From Promethearchaeota archaeon (GTDB lineage Archaea; Asgardarchaeota; Lokiarchaeia; Sigyniarchaeales; SOKP01), in the NCBI GenBank assembly GCA_048939015.1, contig JBHLPW010000001.1, forward strand, positions 102,655-166,654: 64,000 nucleotides of DNA, read 5' to 3'. The first letter of the stretch is position 1; each line of letters opens with the position of its first letter. The notes below the pieces were generated by a model that saw nothing but the letters and a program-made list of their open reading frames with translations, was not told the DNA's origin and made no database searches. Below, piece after piece: positions 10,616 to 20,692 of this stretch. Both the position numbers and the translations under genes were made by a program.

Positions 10616-11050
10616 TTATTTTATTTTATTTCTATCAACCACTTTAAGTTCTAAAACTATTTGCCCCCAACCACCACATTTTAATCCCACATCAAAACAG
10701 CTTGTTCGATTGAAAAGCATTTCATTTGGATCCGCCCCAATGTAATATAACTCATTAACAGAATGAATTAATTTATCCAATTCTGAAATTGCATAAATAC
10801 AAATCTTTTTAGGACATAAATTCGTTAATAAATTTCCAGCTCCATCAAAATAAAATTTATCTCCAACTTTGTGTTGGCTATTACATCCGTGAGATTCTAC
10901 AACCTCTACAATAATAGTTTTCCCTAACAATGGTGATGATTTTGACAGAACCTTAATATTTCGAGGACTATCAAGAAATATGCTTAGTTCATCATCATTA
11001 TATCCAAAATGTTCTTTCATATTTTCTTTCATTTCTTCACTAATTTTCAA
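10616..11050 (-). CDS. Cys-rich TIGR04076-like protein
   Basis: GCNSQHKVGDKF, ICIYA, CFDVGLKCGGWG pattern. Confidence 0.65.
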   Translation of the reverse strand: MKISEEMKENMKEHFGYNDDELSIFLDSPRNIKVLSKSSPLLGKTIIVEVVESHGCNSQHKVGDKFYFDGAGNLLTNLCPKKICIYAISELDKLIHSVNELYYIGADPNEMLFNRTSCFDVGLKCGGWGQIVLELKVVDRNKIK

Positions 11051-11066
11051 AAAAAATCACCTATTC

Positions 11067-11564
11067 CTATTCCTTAAAATAAAAAGTATAATCTCTAACA
11101 CATTCACCTTTATCATACATTAAACATCCATTTAATGCCGGAGTTACATTATAGTCGATTTTTAAAGCTTCAAACCAACCTTCAATTCTAGAATATATAG
11201 CGCACTGATAATTTTCAATTACACCCATTCGCGTAATACCATCATATGCCCAGCATTTGCTCATTTCGCAGCGAATCTTGTTTTTTTCAGGAAAAGTAAA
11301 TCTGAATTCCATAAAATCAGCTTTAAACACTTCCATTGCTTTATTCATGATATTTTGGAGATCAGCAAATTTTTCAATTTTTTCAAATTCAAATAATTTC
11401 TGAATTCTTTTGATTTCAATTTTTGACATGGATTTTACAGCCGCTTTATTAATTTTGTTCGTTTTCTCTATACCGCATTCCTGTAGGCAATGAAAAAACC
11501 ACATACCATCATGTGTCATCCAACACTTAATCAAAAGTTCCTTTAAATCATGATTTTGAATCAA
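11067..11564 (-). CDS. DUF6125 / ATC-hydrolase-like protein
   Basis: WMTHDGMWF motif and conserved Cys pattern. Confidence 0.7.
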   Translation of the reverse strand: MIQNHDLKELLIKCWMTHDGMWFFHCLQECGIEKTNKINKAAVKSMSKIEIKRIQKLFEFEKIEKFADLQNIMNKAMEVFKADFMEFRFTFPEKNKIRCEMSKCWAYDGITRMGVIENYQCAIYSRIEGWFEALKIDYNVTPALNGCLMYDKGECVRDYTFYFKE

Positions 11565-11577
11565 ATTTGTAATTCAC

Positions 11578-12678
11578 CTACTTTTTATTAGTTTGAGCTA
11601 ATTTTGCTTTTGCATTCATAATTTCTATATAAGTAGTTTTTGTATTTACAGGTGGTATTGTCTCTTTTATATTTTTTTCTAGTCTTATCGCGCTTTCGGG
11701 ACAAGTAGAAACACAAAGCCCACATCCTATACACCTATCAAGATCAACCTCACTTGTTCCATTAGTTATAGAAATTGCGTCCATATTGCATCGTCCCTCA
11801 CATACTCCACATCCACTACATAATTCACTTTCGATAAAGGCATGAAAATTTGATGCAAATAGTCTAGCGGGATTATTAAAACGTTTTTGATTTGTTAATA
11901 CTTCACAACAACACCCACAACAATTGCATATTACAAAAGGTCTTTGAGAATTAGAGGGTTGTGGAACTAATCCCGCTTCTTCAAAATCTTCTATTAATTT
12001 ATGAGCCTCTTCTTTTGATATTAGTTCAGCATCTCCCTTCTCATGGAACATCTTAGCTGCTGAACCAAAAGTCATACAAGTTTTTCTAAGTTTTGTCTTT
12101 TTGCATGGATCATCAATCATATCATGTGCTTTGCGACAGATACAGTCCATAATGCCAATTTCACTTGCCATATTTATTATATCTCTGATCTTATCATAGG
12201 ATGCAATATCTAAATTAATAGGAACAGATTCTTCGATAGGTATAGTACGAAGTTGAGGGATTCCTGGAACGTTATATTCTTTTTTAAAATAAGCTTCTTC
12301 AAAATACTGGAAAACATTACTAACCAATTCAGGAGTAAGACGCCCTAATTGGAACTCATAAATCCCTGGAACAAATGGAGCCAATAAAAAAAACTTCTCA
12401 CCGTTATTTTCTGCTCTTATTATAGTACCTTTTTCATACATCTTTTCTAATTTTTTATCTAATTCTTTCAACGATATACTATTATTCCTTATCCTACGGT
12501 GAATTTTCTTAAGTTCTTGAGGATTAAAATTCAGTTTCATCGCTAATTCAGCTTCTTCTATAGTAAATAATTGCTGTAATAATTCAAATTCAACTCCAGA
12601 ATGTGTTTTTGGGAGCCCTACAGGCATTTTATTAAAATGATCCAATAAATCGTAATATACTCTTTCGATTTCACTCAT
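11578..12678 (-). CDS. 4Fe-4S dicluster protein (paralog of 47..1180)
   Basis: CSGCGVCEGRC, CIGCGLCVSTCP, CNCCGCCC motifs. Confidence 0.85.
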   Translation of the reverse strand: MSEIERVYYDLLDHFNKMPVGLPKTHSGVEFELLQQLFTIEEAELAMKLNFNPQELKKIHRRIRNNSISLKELDKKLEKMYEKGTIIRAENNGEKFFLLAPFVPGIYEFQLGRLTPELVSNVFQYFEEAYFKKEYNVPGIPQLRTIPIEESVPINLDIASYDKIRDIINMASEIGIMDCICRKAHDMIDDPCKKTKLRKTCMTFGSAAKMFHEKGDAELISKEEAHKLIEDFEEAGLVPQPSNSQRPFVICNCCGCCCEVLTNQKRFNNPARLFASNFHAFIESELCSGCGVCEGRCNMDAISITNGTSEVDLDRCIGCGLCVSTCPESAIRLEKNIKETIPPVNTKTTYIEIMNAKAKLAQTNKK

Positions 12679-12777
12679 TTGGTATTCACCATTTTATGAG
12701 TGATAAAAATATTCTCCTTATAATGGTTTATCGATCAAAAACAACTAGATTTAAGTTGTAATTAGTATTGATGCATA

Positions 12778-13683
12778 ATGATGTCTGATTACTTACTAGA
12801 AGATTTAAAAATTTTCTTGAATGATGCAAATCTCACTACATATGAAATAAATGCATATCTAGTGCTTCTAACGTCTTCAAAAGCAAATCCTCCTTCTGCT
12901 AGACAAGTATCTTCACAATCTGCTGTACCAAGTGGTAGAATTTATGAAGTTTTAGAAGAGTTAAAGATCAAAGGTTTAATAGATATAATTGAGTCGCGTC
13001 CGAAAAAGTATAGAGCTTTCTCTTTAAATAAAGGCTTAGATAATTTAATCAAGTTTCAATCCATACAAAGCAAAAGAAAAATTGATTATTTGCATAATAA
13101 AGCGAAATTACTAGAAAATGAATTATATAATTCTGAAGTTTTGATACAAAAAGAACCATCGAAGATATTTTGGTCGACTACATTTGGGACAAAATCAATT
13201 CTTTCTTTATATGTTAAACATATAAATGAAGCAAAGCAAGAAATAATATTCAATGAATTCATAAACAAAAATACAGTAAAAGTAATACCTTTTGGAAAAA
13301 TGATTTATGAGCCTTTACGAAAGTCAGTTGACCGAGGAGTTAATGTAAAAGATTTATGGTCTTTTGAGTATGATGAACGTCCACTTACTAAAGAAGAAAA
13401 AGATCAAAATATTAGCATTTTCAAAGAGATAATTAAAATACAGGAAGATCTGTATGATTTATCACCAAATTTACCAGGATTTCAAATGAAATATACCTTT
13501 CATAGAGCTCCAACATATTTTGATATTATAGATAAAAAAAGAGTGATTTTTAAACTACAAAATCCCTTGAAACCTTTTCAAATCTTTGCTTGTATGAATG
13601 TTGTTGATCCCGGGTTAGCTGAAGAATTAAGAAATAAATTTCTAAGTATGTGGACATTTGAGGCAATAGAAATAAAAGAATAA
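12778..13683 (+). CDS. TrmB-family transcriptional regulator
   Basis: LTTYEINAYLVLL...VPSGRIYEVLEEL...SRPKKY; divergent from the Fe-S operon. Confidence 0.88.
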   Translation: MMSDYLLEDLKIFLNDANLTTYEINAYLVLLTSSKANPPSARQVSSQSAVPSGRIYEVLEELKIKGLIDIIESRPKKYRAFSLNKGLDNLIKFQSIQSKRKIDYLHNKAKLLENELYNSEVLIQKEPSKIFWSTTFGTKSILSLYVKHINEAKQEIIFNEFINKNTVKVIPFGKMIYEPLRKSVDRGVNVKDLWSFEYDERPLTKEEKDQNISIFKEIIKIQEDLYDLSPNLPGFQMKYTFHRAPTYFDIIDKKRVIFKLQNPLKPFQIFACMNVVDPGLAEELRNKFLSMWTFEAIEIKE

Positions 13684-13699
13684 AATCTTAGAAAAAAAA

Positions 13700-14362
13700 T
13701 TATCTATCTCTAGGAATCATTACTTGAGTGGTCTTCGGAGTGTGTTTTTTAATAAAATCAATGCTCTCTTTTTCTTCTTCAATCCAATGTATAGGGAATA
13801 AAATCTTTGGTTTAAATATTTTTACAGCTTCGACTACCTCATTAGGACTCATCATATAAGGTTCTCTAACAGTAAGGAATGCAATGTCAATATTTTTTAA
13901 AGTTTTCATCTCCGGAGTAAGACCAGAATCTCCTCCATGATAAATTCGAAAGTTATTAAATTCAATAACATAACCAAGCCATCCTGCGGATTCAGGGTGG
14001 GCTACTGTGGAATAAGCAGGAAGAGCATCAATCTTAACATTATTTAATTTCAATGATTCACCTGATTTTATTACATATATATTAAAGTCATGATTATGAT
14101 TCAACAATTCTTCTTTACAATCTATAGGGCATACAATAATTGTTGTAGGTTTGACTAATTTTTCCAATGTTTTGACTGAAAAGTGGTCATCATGCGAATG
14201 ACTTATCAGTATAAGGTCTGCTTTAATCTCCATACTTTTTTCTGTTAGATTAGCCGGATCAAAGTAGATTACACTTTGGTTATGAATTCTTATGCATGCA
14301 CCACCATAAATATGCGTGCTTTCCAACCATTCAATTTTGTTTAGGAATTCAGTTAAATCCAT
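13700..14362 (-). CDS. Metallo-beta-lactamase-fold hydrolase
   Basis: SHSHDDH, YHGGD, PIHW. Confidence 0.9.
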   Translation of the reverse strand: MDLTEFLNKIEWLESTHIYGGACIRIHNQSVIYFDPANLTEKSMEIKADLILISHSHDDHFSVKTLEKLVKPTTIIVCPIDCKEELLNHNHDFNIYVIKSGESLKLNNVKIDALPAYSTVAHPESAGWLGYVIEFNNFRIYHGGDSGLTPEMKTLKNIDIAFLTVREPYMMSPNEVVEAVKIFKPKILFPIHWIEEEKESIDFIKKHTPKTTQVMIPRDR

Positions 14363-14525
14363 GAGGTTTTAGATGATTATCTCTTTTTAAATTTTATTTA
14401 CTAAATTTAAAAGAGTTTAAATAATAAAAAGAAGGTAAATATTGAAAATTATAAATATATTTTTTGATATCATCTCTTTTGCATTTTCTTCAGAAACTCA
14501 GATAAAAGCATATAATTGAAACCTA

Positions 14526-15101
14526 TTATTTTATTGTTCCAAACGTTTCTAGTACTTTTTGACCCACTTCGTAAGCTTTTTTCATTATATTGCTTTTTTC
14601 ACGTACTGCACCACGTTTACCTACTCCTGGAGCTAATATAGTGTCTACTAATTGCATATCCAAATAGTTTAAAACATCTGTAAGGATACCAATTGTATGA
14701 CGTGCATATTTTGGATGTCCTCCTTCAAATGGAATGACAAGAATAATTTGCTTGCCTTTAAATTCTTGATGTTTAGGACAATACCATCTGTCTAAAAATA
14801 ATTTAAACTGTGCTGTTGGACCCCACCAGTATATGGGAGTACCTAGAACCCAGATATCGCTTAGCATCATTTTTTCCAGTAGTTCAAGCATATCATCATT
14901 ATGTATACAATTACCTGTTTTATAACAACTATTACAAGCTTGACATGGATTAATATTTAATTTATTCAATATAACTTTTTTAATTAAAGCTCCAGCTTTT
15001 TCTGCTCCTGATAAAACTTCATCTACTAAAATCTCGGTATTACCCCCTTTCCGTGGACTACCCACGATTCCTAAGACTTGACTCTTTGTTAATTCTACCA
15101 T
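14526..15101 (-). CDS. Iron-sulfur flavoprotein / NADPH-dependent FMN reductase family
   Basis: GSPRKGGNT, CQACNSC...C, TPIYW. Confidence 0.9.
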   Translation of the reverse strand: MVELTKSQVLGIVGSPRKGGNTEILVDEVLSGAEKAGALIKKVILNKLNINPCQACNSCYKTGNCIHNDDMLELLEKMMLSDIWVLGTPIYWWGPTAQFKLFLDRWYCPKHQEFKGKQIILVIPFEGGHPKYARHTIGILTDVLNYLDMQLVDTILAPGVGKRGAVREKSNIMKKAYEVGQKVLETFGTIK

Positions 15102-15231
15102 TTTGAAAATAGATAATTAATATGTTCTTTGGTTAATATATTATCCTCTCTTTTATCAATTTTATTAACAAAATGATAAAGAGATGATAATTAAAAAAAA
15201 AGTTATAATTATTATTTAAATAGAAGTCAGA

Positions 15232-15639
15232 TTAATCATATCTTTTATAAGTAAACACTAGCCAGAAAAATCCTAATACTCCAATTATAAAAGCAATTAA
15301 GATGATGTAGTTGATCCAATTTGTCCACCATTCGGTACCGCCCCATGTTAACATTATTGATAACGTCTGAACAGCCATAACACTTAATACAACTAAGCCC
15401 ATTCCCATAGCATATTCCTCTTCACGAAACATGCCAATGCCTGAGATTAAACACCAAAATCCAAGAACGATAGAAACTAAACCTGAAGATCCGAGAATAG
15501 CAGGAATGGATATAGCAAATCCTACATCAATCCCTAGCCACGCTAAGATATTAATTAGACCCATTAAGACGAAAAGGCCACCGATGATTATCATCAAGAT
15601 GTTTAATAATTCATTTGAATCTTTTTTTTTCTCACTCAT
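15232..15639 (-). CDS. Four-TM membrane protein, unknown function
   Basis: Hydrophobic ORF with ATG start. Confidence 0.75.
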   Translation of the reverse strand: MSEKKKDSNELLNILMIIIGGLFVLMGLINILAWLGIDVGFAISIPAILGSSGLVSIVLGFWCLISGIGMFREEEYAMGMGLVVLSVMAVQTLSIMLTWGGTEWWTNWINYIILIAFIIGVLGFFWLVFTYKRYD

Positions 15640-15784
15640 TTTTAATTCGACCTTACTTATTTTTAAGTTAATTTGAATGTTGAAGATGAATAGATGAAGT
15701 TTATATATAAACTTATTTCATTTATTTTATGAAAAAATAAATCAAATATTACTTCATTTGATAATTAAATTTAGTAAGTAATTT

Positions 15785-16159
15785 TTAATCTATATTTTTC
15801 TTCCTTGCGATCAAATACGCAATCAGAAAGATTATAAGTGTTATACCTGAAAGAATCCAGAAATATGTATAGAATATATTAATAATCATTATACCTAAGA
15901 CAACTGGTATCGCTGTTAGAAGTAATATATCTTTTCGTTCAATAGGTTTTCGATCTGCCCATATAAGAAGAATTGTCCATCCTAACATTAAAAATGCTCC
16001 TGTTCCTGTCTGATATTTATAGGAGATATCTGTGCTTACATTCGGCATTGAAATAGAAAATTCAAATAATACAGAAAGGATCATATCAAGGAAAACCAAA
16101 AAATCCAAGATTGCTCCATACCAATAAGTAAATCTAATATATAATAGTTTTATGTCCAT
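15785..16159 (-). CDS. Small membrane protein
   Basis: MLGWTILLIWADRKPIERK; GGTGG SD upstream. Confidence 0.75.
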   Translation of the reverse strand: MDIKLLYIRFTYWYGAILDFLVFLDMILSVLFEFSISMPNVSTDISYKYQTGTGAFLMLGWTILLIWADRKPIERKDILLLTAIPVVLGIMIINIFYTYFWILSGITLIIFLIAYLIARKKNID

Positions 16160-16255
16160 AAACTAGCCACCTTTGTAAATTTAGGATTATATATATAATT
16201 TGTATGAATAAAAAGAACTAAAAGATATTTATATTTTGAAATAATAAGAAAAAAA

Positions 16256-17029
16256 TTATTTGTTTGGTTTTATTGCGGAAAATGTATGAAATCCTCCCAC
16301 TTTCCTTTGTTCTCGGATTTTAAATCCATGTTTATTAATTAAATCAATCCAATATTTATATTTTTTAAAGACTAGACAAAAAATTCCACAATATGAAATA
16401 AGTTGCCAGGAACCACGGTTCCATTCTCCAATTTGTAAGAAACCTCCTGGTCTTAATACCCTATATGCTTCATCTAATGCTTTATCAGGTCCATCCACCA
16501 TATGAAGTTCATGGAGTACGGAAGAAAAATAAACAATATCAAACATTTCATTATCAAAAGGTATATCGATTGCAGAGCCGTATTGAAAAGTTGTTTTATC
16601 GTCAACTCTTTCCAAGCGTGCATTTTTTTGAATAGTTTCTAACGCGTTTCCTCCAATCGCAGCTTTATTATAAATATCAATTCCATAAAGATGGCCTCCA
16701 TTCTTTAGAGATTTAGCTATTTTAATTGCATGACGTCCTGTTCCGCAACCAACATCTAAAATCTTGGGAGATTTAATAGATATTGAGGGGTTATTCTCCA
16801 ATAGCTTCAATTTCCTGTAATTAAGGATTATATTCATCATAGCCATTCCAAAACCAGGCCATAAAAATAACAGTATAATTACAATTCCTGATATTATTAG
16901 AATTGAATTTAATAAACCACTTATGAAAAATCCATAAATAAAAGTAATCAATCCAAGTATACCTAGCACATTAAATCCAATAACTAGATTCTTCACGTAC
17001 CATCCATATTTCGGTTTTTCTTCTTTCAA
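16256..17029 (-). CDS. Class I SAM methyltransferase with N-terminal TM anchor
   Basis: ILDVGCGTG; RVLRPGG; two N-terminal TM helices. Confidence 0.9.
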   Translation of the reverse strand: MKEEKPKYGWYVKNLVIGFNVLGILGLITFIYGFFISGLLNSILIISGIVIILLFLWPGFGMAMMNIILNYRKLKLLENNPSISIKSPKILDVGCGTGRHAIKIAKSLKNGGHLYGIDIYNKAAIGGNALETIQKNARLERVDDKTTFQYGSAIDIPFDNEMFDIVYFSSVLHELHMVDGPDKALDEAYRVLRPGGFLQIGEWNRGSWQLISYCGIFCLVFKKYKYWIDLINKHGFKIREQRKVGGFHTFSAIKPNK

Positions 17030-17062
17030 GTTTAATTACCTTGATTTTAAATTATTTGTTAC

Positions 17063-17119
17063 TTGTGACTAAGTGTCGTGACTATTTAAATGTTTTTGTG
17101 TCATGACTATTAGTCACAA
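17063..17119. promoter_or_regulatory. Pair of inverted 20-bp operator sites
   Basis: TTGTGACTAAGTGTCGTGAC (17063-17082) and, on the minus strand, TTGTGACTAATAGTCATGAC (17100-17119); 17/20 identical; between divergent MTase and regulator genes. Confidence 0.7.
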
Positions 17120-17152
17120 CTCTTTTATATTTGAAATCCTATTTATTAATTA

Positions 17153-18028
17153 ATGACAGCCAAAAAAACTGAAGATTTCATAAAAGCTTTAGAAATAGCA
17201 GGACTAACTCATGATGAAGCTTTGTTATATTTTGCTCTTATACAACATGGTAAAAAGGGAACATATATTAAAGATTTAACTGACCATATTGATATAAAAA
17301 GAACAACAATATACTCTATTGTTAATAGACTTCATGAAAAAGGTTATGTAAGAGAAAATCCTAATTATGAGGGACCTAAAGGTGCGAAAATGTATGCTGC
17401 TATAAGTCCCGAGTTATTTATAAATAGAATAGTCAATAATAAGAGAATTGAACTCGAAAAACTTGATAAAATTAAAAAGGAAGTAATAAATCAATTAGAA
17501 ACAATATATTTAGAGAGCTTAGAATTTTCTTTAGATGAAATTGATGATTTTTTAAAACCATATTTAGCTCCTCTCTATGATAAAGGCTGGAAGGTGATCG
17601 AACATTTAGTAGAAAAAAGTAAGATCACATATGGATTCGAAGCTTATGATACTACTCTCTTAGTTCCAGCTGCTAAACTTGTAAAAGATGCTGGATTTAT
17701 AGTGACTAAATACAACAGAGATGTTGAAAATGATGTAAATATTTTAAACTATATGTATGATATGCTTTCAAGAAAAGGTAAAGAAGAAATTTTAGATAAA
17801 GGTATCGGAGTAGTGGATGTTAAATTAATAGAAAGTGATATTGAGCTTAAAGGCAAAAAATTTAAGGGCCATTTACCTAAATTTAAATTTGAGCACACAA
17901 ATGAGTTTGTCCAACTAACTGAAAGCGTAATGATTCCAATTAAGGATAAAATCTTTTTCTTATGGGCAGAAAATCATAATATAATCGAGGAATTAGCTAA
18001 TGTAATATTTAATATTGAAGAGGATTAA
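17153..18028 (+). CDS. TrmB-like HTH regulator with uncharacterised C-terminal domain
   Basis: GLTHDEALLYFAL...IKRTTIYSIVNRL; C-terminal domain similar to 52127..53365 and 55960..56871. Confidence 0.82.
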   Translation: MTAKKTEDFIKALEIAGLTHDEALLYFALIQHGKKGTYIKDLTDHIDIKRTTIYSIVNRLHEKGYVRENPNYEGPKGAKMYAAISPELFINRIVNNKRIELEKLDKIKKEVINQLETIYLESLEFSLDEIDDFLKPYLAPLYDKGWKVIEHLVEKSKITYGFEAYDTTLLVPAAKLVKDAGFIVTKYNRDVENDVNILNYMYDMLSRKGKEEILDKGIGVVDVKLIESDIELKGKKFKGHLPKFKFEHTNEFVQLTESVMIPIKDKIFFLWAENHNIIEELANVIFNIEED

Positions 18029-18034
18029 CATGAT

Positions 18035-18382
18035 CTATTTTAAATTAATAGTAAGTTTCTCCATATTGAGCTTCCATACTTTTTCTGGAGCCCTCTTACT
18101 TTCACTAGGTCTGTAATCTGACTCAATAATCCCGACACTTTCTAATTCTCTAAGATGATAATATAAAGATGGTTTCTTTAAATCCTTAAAATCTCCTTTC
18201 CCACACATTCCATGACACTGATTATTTCCATTATTATTCTCACTTACACTTTTAAGATGGTTAAAAATTTCATCTGAGGATTTTGGACCATCTCCTAAAA
18301 TGTCTATTATAACCCATCGAATGGGACAATGTAAAGCCTTAATATAAGTCTCTATATTTTCAAGATCTATTTCTTTTGTCAT
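18035..18382 (-). CDS. ArsR-family regulator with Cys/His insert
   Basis: IKALHCPIRWVII...QCHGMC...SLYYHLRELE. Confidence 0.82.
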   Translation of the reverse strand: MTKEIDLENIETYIKALHCPIRWVIIDILGDGPKSSDEIFNHLKSVSENNNGNNQCHGMCGKGDFKDLKKPSLYYHLRELESVGIIESDYRPSESKRAPEKVWKLNMEKLTINLK

Positions 18383-18530
18383 ATCCTTAAACCATCAAAT
18401 TCTTATAATATAAAGATTCTAGAAATATTTAAATATATGGTTTGATTAGTTTAATCTATCATTTAACTAATTAAATATATAATAAAAAACTTAATAATTT
18501 TTTTAAAAAAAAAAAATAAGAGGTAAAAAA

Positions 18531-18692
18531 ATGAAATTAAAAGAAACTGAAGAATGTGCATGTGATAAACCTAACATTAAAGAAAAGCATCCACAAGGGT
18601 GTACATTAAACCAAATAATTAAATGTCATGGAGATCAACCAATTAATGAGATTTTAAAGCATATTCAATTAGATGATGAAGAAAATAAATGA
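18531..18692 (+). CDS. Small 53-aa Cys/His protein (not in ORF track)
   Basis: GAGGT SD, ATG 18531, MKLKETEECACDKPNIKEKHPQGCTLNQIIKCHGDQPINEILKHIQLDDEENK*; first gene of the ABC operon. Confidence 0.75.
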   Translation: MKLKETEECACDKPNIKEKHPQGCTLNQIIKCHGDQPINEILKHIQLDDEENK

Positions 18693-18701
18693 GGTAAATT
18701 T

Positions 18702-19691
18702 ATGAGCGCAATAAAAGTTAGTAATCTATCGAAACATTTTAAACCTCCTAAAAGAAGCAAACCAGGGAAAATGGAATCAAACGGTCCGAAACAAAAAATG
18801 AATATGATACGAGCTGTGGATGATATTAGTTTTGAAGTTAAGAAAGGTGAAATTTTTGGATTTTTGGGACCAAATGGTGCAGGAAAAACAACTACAATCA
18901 GAATGATGACAGGCGTATTAAAACCTACAACTGGAAATGTGTCTATATTCGAGCATGATGTATGGAGAGATCAAATTCTAGTTAAAGAGATAACTGGAAA
19001 TGTTCCTGAGGAAGCAAATGTATATTTTGATATGTCAGGGTTGCAGAATTTAATGTTTATTGGAGAAATTTATGGAGTTCCTAAAAAAGATCGTCAAGAA
19101 CGAGCAGAAGCTCTACTTAAGAAATTTGAAATATATGAGAAACGCAATTTGAAAGCAATGAAATATTCAAAGGGAATGAAACAACGTTTATTATTATGTA
19201 TGGCGTTGATGAGTAATCCAGAGATATTATTTCTAGATGAACCAACAAGTGGATTGGATGTACAGTCTTCTCGTATAATTAAACAACTAATTAGAGAATA
19301 TAATGAAAAAGGGGTGACAATCTTTCTTACGACCCATGATATGGAAGTTGCAAATGAATTATGCCATAGAATTGCAATTATAAATCATGGTAGAATCATC
19401 AGTTTGGATACTCCTGAGAACTTGAAAATATTAACTCAAGAATATAAAGCAATCGATTTTTATTTAGCAAGTGGAGTAACTAAAGGAAAAGTTGAAGATT
19501 TAAGCACAATAAAAGAAGTTGAAGAAGTAAGAGAAGGCTTTCACGTAATTGTGGAGGACATTCATGAAAGTATATGTGAAATTGTTGATTTTATCAAAAA
19601 GAATCATCTAGTAATAAAGCAACTGAATACCCATGAACCAAAATTAGAAGATGCATTTTTAAAAATCATAGAAAGAGGTGGTCGAAATTAA
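18702..19691 (+). CDS. ABC-2/DrrA-type exporter ATPase
   Basis: GPNGAGKTT, YSKGMKQR, LFLDEPT. Confidence 0.93.
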   Translation: MSAIKVSNLSKHFKPPKRSKPGKMESNGPKQKMNMIRAVDDISFEVKKGEIFGFLGPNGAGKTTTIRMMTGVLKPTTGNVSIFEHDVWRDQILVKEITGNVPEEANVYFDMSGLQNLMFIGEIYGVPKKDRQERAEALLKKFEIYEKRNLKAMKYSKGMKQRLLLCMALMSNPEILFLDEPTSGLDVQSSRIIKQLIREYNEKGVTIFLTTHDMEVANELCHRIAIINHGRIISLDTPENLKILTQEYKAIDFYLASGVTKGKVEDLSTIKEVEEVREGFHVIVEDIHESICEIVDFIKKNHLVIKQLNTHEPKLEDAFLKIIERGGRN

Positions 19692-20475
19692 CAAGGAATT
19701 CTCAGTAATTAAAAAATCTAGCTTTAGGAATTTTAAGATGCAAATAAAACGATCCTTTACTGTTACCAAAAAAGATTTAAAAATATATTATAATAAACCA
19801 CCTGTTATAATCCAAGGAATATTTTTTCCAATTATCCTGTTTTTTGCTTTTACAGTAGGAAGAAACATATTACCGGTTTATCTCATTTCTGGAATAATAG
19901 CAATGGTTCTTTTTTTAACATCAACTTCATTAGGACCAATAATTTTTCCATGGGAAACTATGCGTGGTACATTTGAAAGATTAATAACTTGTCCGGTTTC
20001 AATTAAAACGATATTACTTGGTAGTATTTGGGGTTCATTTATATATGGTTTGTTATTCTCATCCATTCCCTTAATTTTGGGAATGATTTTTCTCTCCAGT
20101 GGATTAGCCATTAATTATTTTCTAATTATATTTGCTATGATTATTTCTGCTTTAGTTTTTTCTAGCTTTAGTTTGATCATCTCTGCTCCACCAACAAGGA
20201 ATCCAGGAAATACAATGATTTTACAAATTTTCATCAAATTTCCTTTACTATTTATCAGCCCCCTTTTTATGCCAATAAAGGAAATTCCAACAGCAATAAT
20301 ATCTCCACTTACATATTCTCTTGATATATTAAATATAGGGTTAGGAGAAGTAAGTGCTTTTGGTAATTTCGGTTTACTTATAGATATTTTGGTCCTATTA
20401 GTATTCGGATTTGGGTTTCTATTTTTGGCTTTTGCTATTCATCAGAAAACACTTGAGAAAAGATTTCAAGGATAA
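19678..20475 (+). CDS. ABC-2 type permease
   Basis: About 6 TM segments, GTFERLITCP, SPLTY; overlaps the ATPase stop. Confidence 0.9.
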   Translation: MVEINKEFSVIKKSSFRNFKMQIKRSFTVTKKDLKIYYNKPPVIIQGIFFPIILFFAFTVGRNILPVYLISGIIAMVLFLTSTSLGPIIFPWETMRGTFERLITCPVSIKTILLGSIWGSFIYGLLFSSIPLILGMIFLSSGLAINYFLIIFAMIISALVFSSFSLIISAPPTRNPGNTMILQIFIKFPLLFISPLFMPIKEIPTAIISPLTYSLDILNIGLGEVSAFGNFGLLIDILVLLVFGFGFLFLAFAIHQKTLEKRFQG

Positions 20476-20495
20476 ATAATAAACAAAAATTAACT

Positions 20496-20530
20496 AATAG
20501 TGGCTAACTGCCACTATTTATTATTTTTCT
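20496..20530 (+). terminator. Stem-loop plus T-rich tract after the ABC operon
   Basis: AATAGTGGC-taact-GCCACTATT (20496-20518) followed by T-rich sequence. Confidence 0.55.
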
Positions 20531-20692
20531 ATATTAAAATGTTAAATATATTCTAGTATCTAAAAACTTTAAGAGTGTTTTTGTAGACTCAAATTTCTTC
20601 TTTAATGCAGTTTTAGGTTAATTTCTGCCAACAACTATAAAAATATGAAATTCATTTATATCTTTAAAAATTTTTTAAAATTTATTACAATC

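Noticed and set aside
15141-15190. Imperfect inverted repeat and recurring ATC(A/C)TCTCTTT motif (also near 14378 and 14468); TAGAATC-N6-GATTCTA at 61178-61197
   Set aside because: These could be operators, but they are short and AT-rich with no adjacent cognate regulator, so they cannot be distinguished from chance without a genome-wide scan.
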